From Azolla caroliniana (taxonomy: Eukaryota > Plantae > Polypodiophyta): a DNA stretch of 64,000 nt. The stretch's first letter is position 1. Every line of letters begins with the position of its first letter. The stretch is from NCBI GenBank assembly GCA_043228905.1, contig JBHGNT010000006.1, positions 14,384,001 to 14,448,000 of the forward strand, written 5' to 3'. Positions 57,859 to 64,000 of this stretch are shown here, one piece after another. The notes below the pieces were generated by a model. The model was not told where the DNA came from. It did not search any database and saw only the letters and a list, made by a program, of their open reading frames with translations. The translations under genes were made by a program, and so were the position numbers.

Positions 57859-60800
57859 TGTCATAGTGTAATTTGCACACTACGTGAAATATGTAAAAAA
57901 TATATCCGATTTAAGTACGCATAAATAAATAAAAGAAAATATTTAAAATATTGTTACATGCATAAGGCAAGAATCAAACCCTATACCTCCATGTAAACAA
58001 ACCCGAATTTTACCATTATAGGAACTTTACCATTTAATAGGTATAAGGGTTATATTTACGCCTATTTTTACAAAAGAAAAGTAAATCGTGCACTTTTAGA
58101 GTGTGTGAAAACTTTATTTGGAAGAAAAACACAAGCCAATTACTCATGCACATCTAGTGTGCATGAGCACTATATTTAGGAAATAAAAAATCATGGCTGA
58201 AAAAGGCAACTCATGCACATCTAGTGGGCATGAACACTTTAGGAAAAAGCATGATGTTATGCTTAGGCTCTTCCATCACTATATAAGGAAGAGAGAAAAG
58301 ATGTATATGGTTGTTGATTTTTTATAAGGGTTGATTAATATAAAATATTTGTGGGATTCACGATTTTGCCATCTATTTCTCTCTTACAATCTAAGTATCA
58401 ATTAATACACTATACTCGTGGGATTCACGAGTTTCATATCTTCATCTTGCAATCTATTCGTAACAAACCTTATCTCATATTCTTCTTTCTCCTAGTCCAA
58501 AACCTCAGCGGTTCCCACCCAACTTACGCAACGATCCGGAGCGAAAGGCTCGACAGAAGTGGTGAACCCGACGTGAAGACAGGTGGCAAGGAGATGGAGA
58601 ATCAACAACCAGAAACTAACAACATGATGGCAATGTTTGAGCGGATGCTACAAGAAGAACGCGCGATGTCAGAGATTGCGACGGCAGTAGAGCAGCTCGT
58701 GCAACGGAGCGAGCAATTCAACGGGAAGGATGTGTCGCAATATTTGCGGGATTACAAGGCGGAAATGCTACATTGTGGAAGATCAGAAGGATTGCAGGTG
58801 ACATCCTTCAGTCGGGTGGCTACGGACAGGCTTCAAGGGAGTATCCACGGGATACGACAACAAAATCCGACGTGGGAAACATTTGAAGAAGCACTAAAGA
58901 CCACATTTGCCATCGAGGACTCCTCCAAGGCAACGCGGAGGGGATTCGAAGATTGGGTGAAAACGCCAGACAAGGGGTTGAAGGTCCTTGATGTGTTTTC
59001 GGCATTCGAAAGTCGGTTCGGGAGGTTGTCCGCGAGAGATCAAGCTATCCTCGCACGGGACAAAGTGATAATGTTCTTATGAGCCATGGATGTCTGGGAC
59101 CGGAAAGATCTTGGAATGTTTCTAGAGGACACCACTACTGAGAATGGCCTCACCAATACATGGGAAAACATGCGGGATATCATCGCACGAGACACAAAGA
59201 GGGGGCAATGGCTTGGTAGTGAAGAAAAGAGGGTTTCAGAACCAATATCCGGATTGGAGAATCTGAAAATCGCGACGGTGAAGAAGTCGGATGACCATCC
59301 CACAAGTTCCAAGTATATGGACCGTCGATGCATATGCTGCGACAACACCGAACATGATCAGAGGGATTGCGACGAGCACAAGGAGGCGATACGATGGGAA
59401 CTTATCTACTACGAGGGAAATCAGATTCATTCGATGGAGTTTTGGAAGCCACTCCGACCGAACTTCAGAAAAGGCGGCATGAAGAAGGTCCTAGAGGAGG
59501 AAATAGCGGCGAAGAGCAATTATGCGACAACCGCGGGGATATGTGTGGGTGAGTGAGTCATTTGGAGCAAAGGCATCTTTTTGGTTGGAAGTGCTAGAAA
59601 ACCCCGAGAAAACTGACTCTAATGATATCTGAAGCACCGTGGAAGGCATCCGAGAAAATTGACTCATCTACATACACCTCATGTAATTGGCATAGGGCGT
59701 ACACACTATTCTGATTGAAGGGGCACTCCCATTTACATACACCTCATGTAATTGGCATAGCGAGCATGGATGATGCGGCCGAACCATCAAAGACGCCGGA
59801 GAGATGGAACTCCAAAGGGAAGGGGAAAGGAAAACCAATTCCAGCATTAAAACTGGCTATAGACATTGAGCAACGAACGGACTTAAAAAAGGTGTTCGAG
59901 GAGAAAATCCTCGATAGCTAGGTAGATTTTTCGCTTCGGGAATTACTCGGAATAGCGAAGGAGTTCCACGATCTTCTTGTGGATCTCGTGAAGAGAAAAA
60001 GACAAAATACAGAGGAAAATGCTCCAAGGCTGAATGGAAATACCGTTCTAATGATTGACACCGAAGTGGAGGATGAAATTCCGAACTCCCACTACACAAG
60101 GCCACACTGGGCACGCGCAACTACGGAGACTTCGGCCCAAATTGGAAACATCAAGGAGCCCATACTAGCATTGATTGATCACGGATCGGAGATCAATTTG
60201 ATGTCCAAGGAGTTCTAGTGGAAGGGGGAGTGGCCTATTAACACTAATCATAGATGGAAGATCCGGGCAGCAACTAAAACAACGGAATATTTATTTATGG
60301 CTTGTCCGGATGTGACGGTGAAGATCGGAGATATGGAGATTGACCAAAATTTCTTCTTGCAAGATGAGGTCTCACACTCCGTGATCCTCGGACAACCCTT
60401 TATCACAGCTTCACGGATGGAGACAAACGTGCTCGATAGTGGAGCGGCTTTTGCACGAATTCAGAGCCAGAGCGGAGGGAAAACCATCCAATTCCGAAAG
60501 GTGCAAGATGAGTTATGGGTTGCATCAATAATAAAAGAAGAAGAAGAAATCGTGGGAGTATTCGAAGAAGTGTTCTACGGGAGCACGCTAAAACGGCTTG
60601 AAGAGCTAGCAGAAGAGAATAGCCAGGGAGACGGGGTAGTTCCGGTGGAATCGGTCGAGATATATGAGATCATTGCGAAAATGGGGTCAGATGCGCTCCG
60701 CAAAGAAGAAGCAATGGTATGTACGAAATATAAGACAGTGGAAAAGAAGGTGAAACCGGCCGCGGGACCGTTGCCCGCCGATAGTGAACAAAAGATGAAA

Positions 60801-63800
60801 GAAGTTTCGGGAGATCTGACACTTCGGAAGTCCGTGGATATCAGACATGCCTTCACGGATGAGACCCGAAAGAAACTTCGCATTGGTGGAGGTGGGTTCC
60901 TCTCACAAAATGAAGAAGAATGGTTTTGTGAGATGTTGGAGCAGCATGGAAGAGCATTTGCATTCATATTGAAAGAGATAGGGTGTGATGACCCGAAGAT
61001 AGTGGAGCCGATGGTGATCTTCACGATTGATCATGTGTCGTGGAACCTGAAGCCGATTCCGGTGCCACAAGTGCATATTCCAAAAATCATTGATTTGCCC
61101 AAGGAGAAGGTGGCGATGGGGATTCTAGAGTCATCCAATGCTCCGTACTCAAAGAGATGGTTTATGGTTCCGAAGAAGAATGGGTCACTCCGATTTATTC
61201 AAGATTTGCAACTAGTGAATAAGGTCACGATCCGGAACTCCAGAGTTGGTCCGATAGTGGACGAATTTGTGGAAACGTTTTTCGGTCGCGCGATATACTC
61301 CGTCAGAGACCTATACTCCGGGTATGACCAATTCCAACTAGCCGTGGAGAGCCGAGACATCACTACCATGTGAACACCGATAGGATTGGTCCGGATGTGC
61401 ACGCTACCACAAGGCACGATGAACTTGGTCGCACATATGATGAATGCGATGAACAAGGTGCTCCGGGACTGCATTCCAGAGATAACGATATCGTTCCTAG
61501 ATGACATTCCGATAAAAGGATGTGCGGTGGAAGAAAAAGATGAGACTATGGATGATCGGGGATGCCGAAAGTTCATAGTCGACCAAATTTGCGATTGCGA
61601 GAAAGTGTTACGGAAGTTAGAAGATGTGCACCTAACACTCTCCGGAGAGAAATCCGCATTCGGACAAGAAGAGATATTGGTAGTCGGACATCTATGTGGG
61701 CCCTACGGCCGAAGAACGTCGCTAGTCAAGATCGATGCGATTCAAGCTAAGAAAGAAATATATGAGTCACAATCCGAAGTCCGTAGATTTCTTGGGGCAT
61801 GTGCATTCTATCACATATGGATTCCGCACTAGGCACACATTGCGGACCCACTCTATCACTTGTTGTGGAAGGGGAAGAAGTTTGAATGGAAACCGGAACA
61901 TACCAAAGTCATGAAGAAGCTCAAGAAATCACTACAGAGGGCAGAAGCACTTAAGAAGCCGAACTATGACCGACCGATTATAGTAACGGTTGATACAAGT
62001 CCAACCGGGATCCGATGGGTCATCAATCAAGCCGATTCGGATGGTTCACGATATCCGATTCGATTCGGAGCAAAGGTTCTCAACGAAAGGCAACACAGAT
62101 ATGCACAAGTTAAAATAGAATTATGGGGAGTCGTGTCGGCAATAAAATCTTATTGAGATTACTTAATTGGAGCTGAAGTAGTGATCGAAACGGATTGCCT
62201 TCCGATACTCGGGATGATGCGGTGTTGCACGATACCAGATGTGGCTATGCTAAGATGGATTGCATATGTAAAGTTGCTTAATCTAGAGATACAACACATC
62301 TCTGGAAAAGGCTACGTGGTAGCAGATATGCTATCAAGGGCACGGTTCGGAGACGGCATAGCCAAATCCGATAATGAAGAAGTTTCCGAAAACTACTTTA
62401 CTTTGGAGAACATATGCCGGGTGAACGTAATCCGAGAATTCTGGGAAGAAGAATAAGAGGGAGAAAGTTTGTTGATTGGGAAAGTGCTACAAGAAATCGA
62501 GGAATCATCGGACAATAAATAAAAGAGAGCCGAGATCCGAAGTAAGAAGCGTCAAATTCAAAAGTTTATCTTGAACAATGGATTAATTTGGAGGGAGTCG
62601 AAAAGACTGAATGGTATACCACTACGAGTAGTCGGAACAAAAGAGCAACGAAACTGGATAATGTCCGAATTTCACGAATCCAATTGGGCTGGACATTGGG
62701 GAACATGGGCAACATTTGCGAAGATCAAACTAAAATATTGGTGGAAGAATATGTACAAAGATGTAGCGGAGTTCACAGAAAGTTGTGAGAAATGTCAAAT
62801 CTACTCTGGATTTTGACACCGAGATGAATTACATCCGACATTCTCACCGACAATCAACTTCAAATGGATGGTCGACATTGTGGCCATGCTAACTGGGATC
62901 GGACAAAAGAAGTACTTGGTGTTAGCCCGGGAAGATCTAACAAACCAAGTAGAAGGACGGGCACTATGGAGGAAAACATGTTCCCCAGTATGCCAATTTC
63001 TCTTGGAAGAAGTATTCTGCAGGTATGGGTGCATAGGACAAGTGATTGTGGATCGGGGAGAACTTGACTTTGATAAAGCTAGGGAATTCTTCGTCAGACA
63101 TGGAGTACGGTTAACACTAACCACGACATACAATCCGGAATCCAACAGAAAGATTGACTATGGACTTGTTCAATCGTTAAAGCGCTTGCAAAAGCATGCG
63201 ACGGAAGGGTGAAGTATTGGCCGCAGATGCTTCTGTATGCACTGTGGGTGGATCACACGACGCATAGTTTCGTGACCAGTTATATGCCAGCCGAACTTAT
63301 GACCGGACAAGCACCGTTAATACCGACGAAAAACCGCAATTGCAACATGGACAGTGCTATAGTGGAAGGAAGAAATGAGCCAGGAAGAACTACTAGCGGT
63401 CTAGATGTGACAACTAGAGGGAAAACCGGAAGACATAGCGGAAGCAACACGCGGACAACAGGAAGCGCGATTCCGGAACAAAAGTCGATTCGACACAAAG
63501 CATCAACTACAGCCACGGAAGATTGAAGAAGGAGATTGGGTGATTGTCTATGAAAGTAGTTTGGATCATCAACATACAACGATAAGAAAGTTTGCTAAAA
63601 AGTGGTTCGGGCCATACGAGGTTCAGAAAGTTTTCGACAACAGAACTTACTGACTATGCGAGTTGGATGGAACAATACTACGAGTGCCTATAGTTTGGAA
63701 ACGGGTGAAGATTTTCAAGAAGCGGACTAACGATGAACCTTACGTAAGCTTAGACAAGACCGACAACAAGGAGCAATCAGACAAAGATCGCGGTGATGCG

Positions 63801-64000
63801 GAAAGCGAAGAAAGTGGACTACAATTGATAATCGACATAAGGGGAGAATCGGAGAGTGCTACGAATGAAGGCGAATAACAAGCATCGGGAACTTCGGCAC
63901 ATACCGGAGGATGTGCGGGTTCAGAGGGGGCAAGTGTCCTAGTGTAATTCGCACACTACATGAAATATGTAAAAAATATATCCGATTTAAGTTTGCATAA
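57859..64000 (+). mobile_element. Near full-length decayed non-chromo Ty3/gypsy K
   Basis: 5' LTR 57859-58555; gag, protease LIDHGSEIN, RT FLDDIPIKG, RNase H, integrase; PPT 63923-63934; 3' LTR starts at 63935 and matches 57859. Confidence 0.93.
58560..58577 (+). promoter_or_regulatory. PBS complementary to tRNA-Trp
   Basis: TGGTGAACCCGACGTGAA is the reverse complement of the recalled plant tRNA-Trp 3' end ...TTCACGTCGGGTTCACCA. Confidence 0.8.

Overview
A eukaryotic, land-plant-type (bryophyte/moss-like by inference) retrotransposon nest. I recognise no host protein-coding gene. About 20 LTR elements or fragments and one LINE are stacked up to 3-4 levels deep. The labels A-P are mine. Boundaries were read directly from TG...CA ends, PBS, PPT and target-site duplications (TSDs). 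Ty1/copia: one intact young copy (C, 15768-21266, 1338-aa ORF), three Bryco-like copies (B, D, E) and several decayed Tnt1/Tork-like copies (A, F, L, M, N). Ty3/gypsy: a chromodomain Tcn1-like element (I), a non-chromo FLDD-RT group whose solo LTRs show 4-bp TSDs and whose copy K has a tRNA-Trp PBS (G1, G2, J, K), a tRNA-Arg-primed gag fragment (H), and two long-leader copies (O, P). There is also a 5'-truncated LINE inside a (CT)n tract and a 38-nt U2 snRNA fragment. The signals not explained by standard annotation are: (1) tRNA-like A-box/B-box cassettes built into the LTRs of three unrelated gypsy families; (2) a ~1.5-kb probable leader intron in O and P holding a covarying RNA structure and, in O, a regularly interspaced hairpin-repeat array; (3) a promoter/R block shared by a copia LTR and a gypsy LTR; (4) a post-RNase H extension between duplicated PPTs, plus a conserved PPT-presenting hairpin, in the Bryco-like copias. 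Lineage names come from motif recall, not from database searches.
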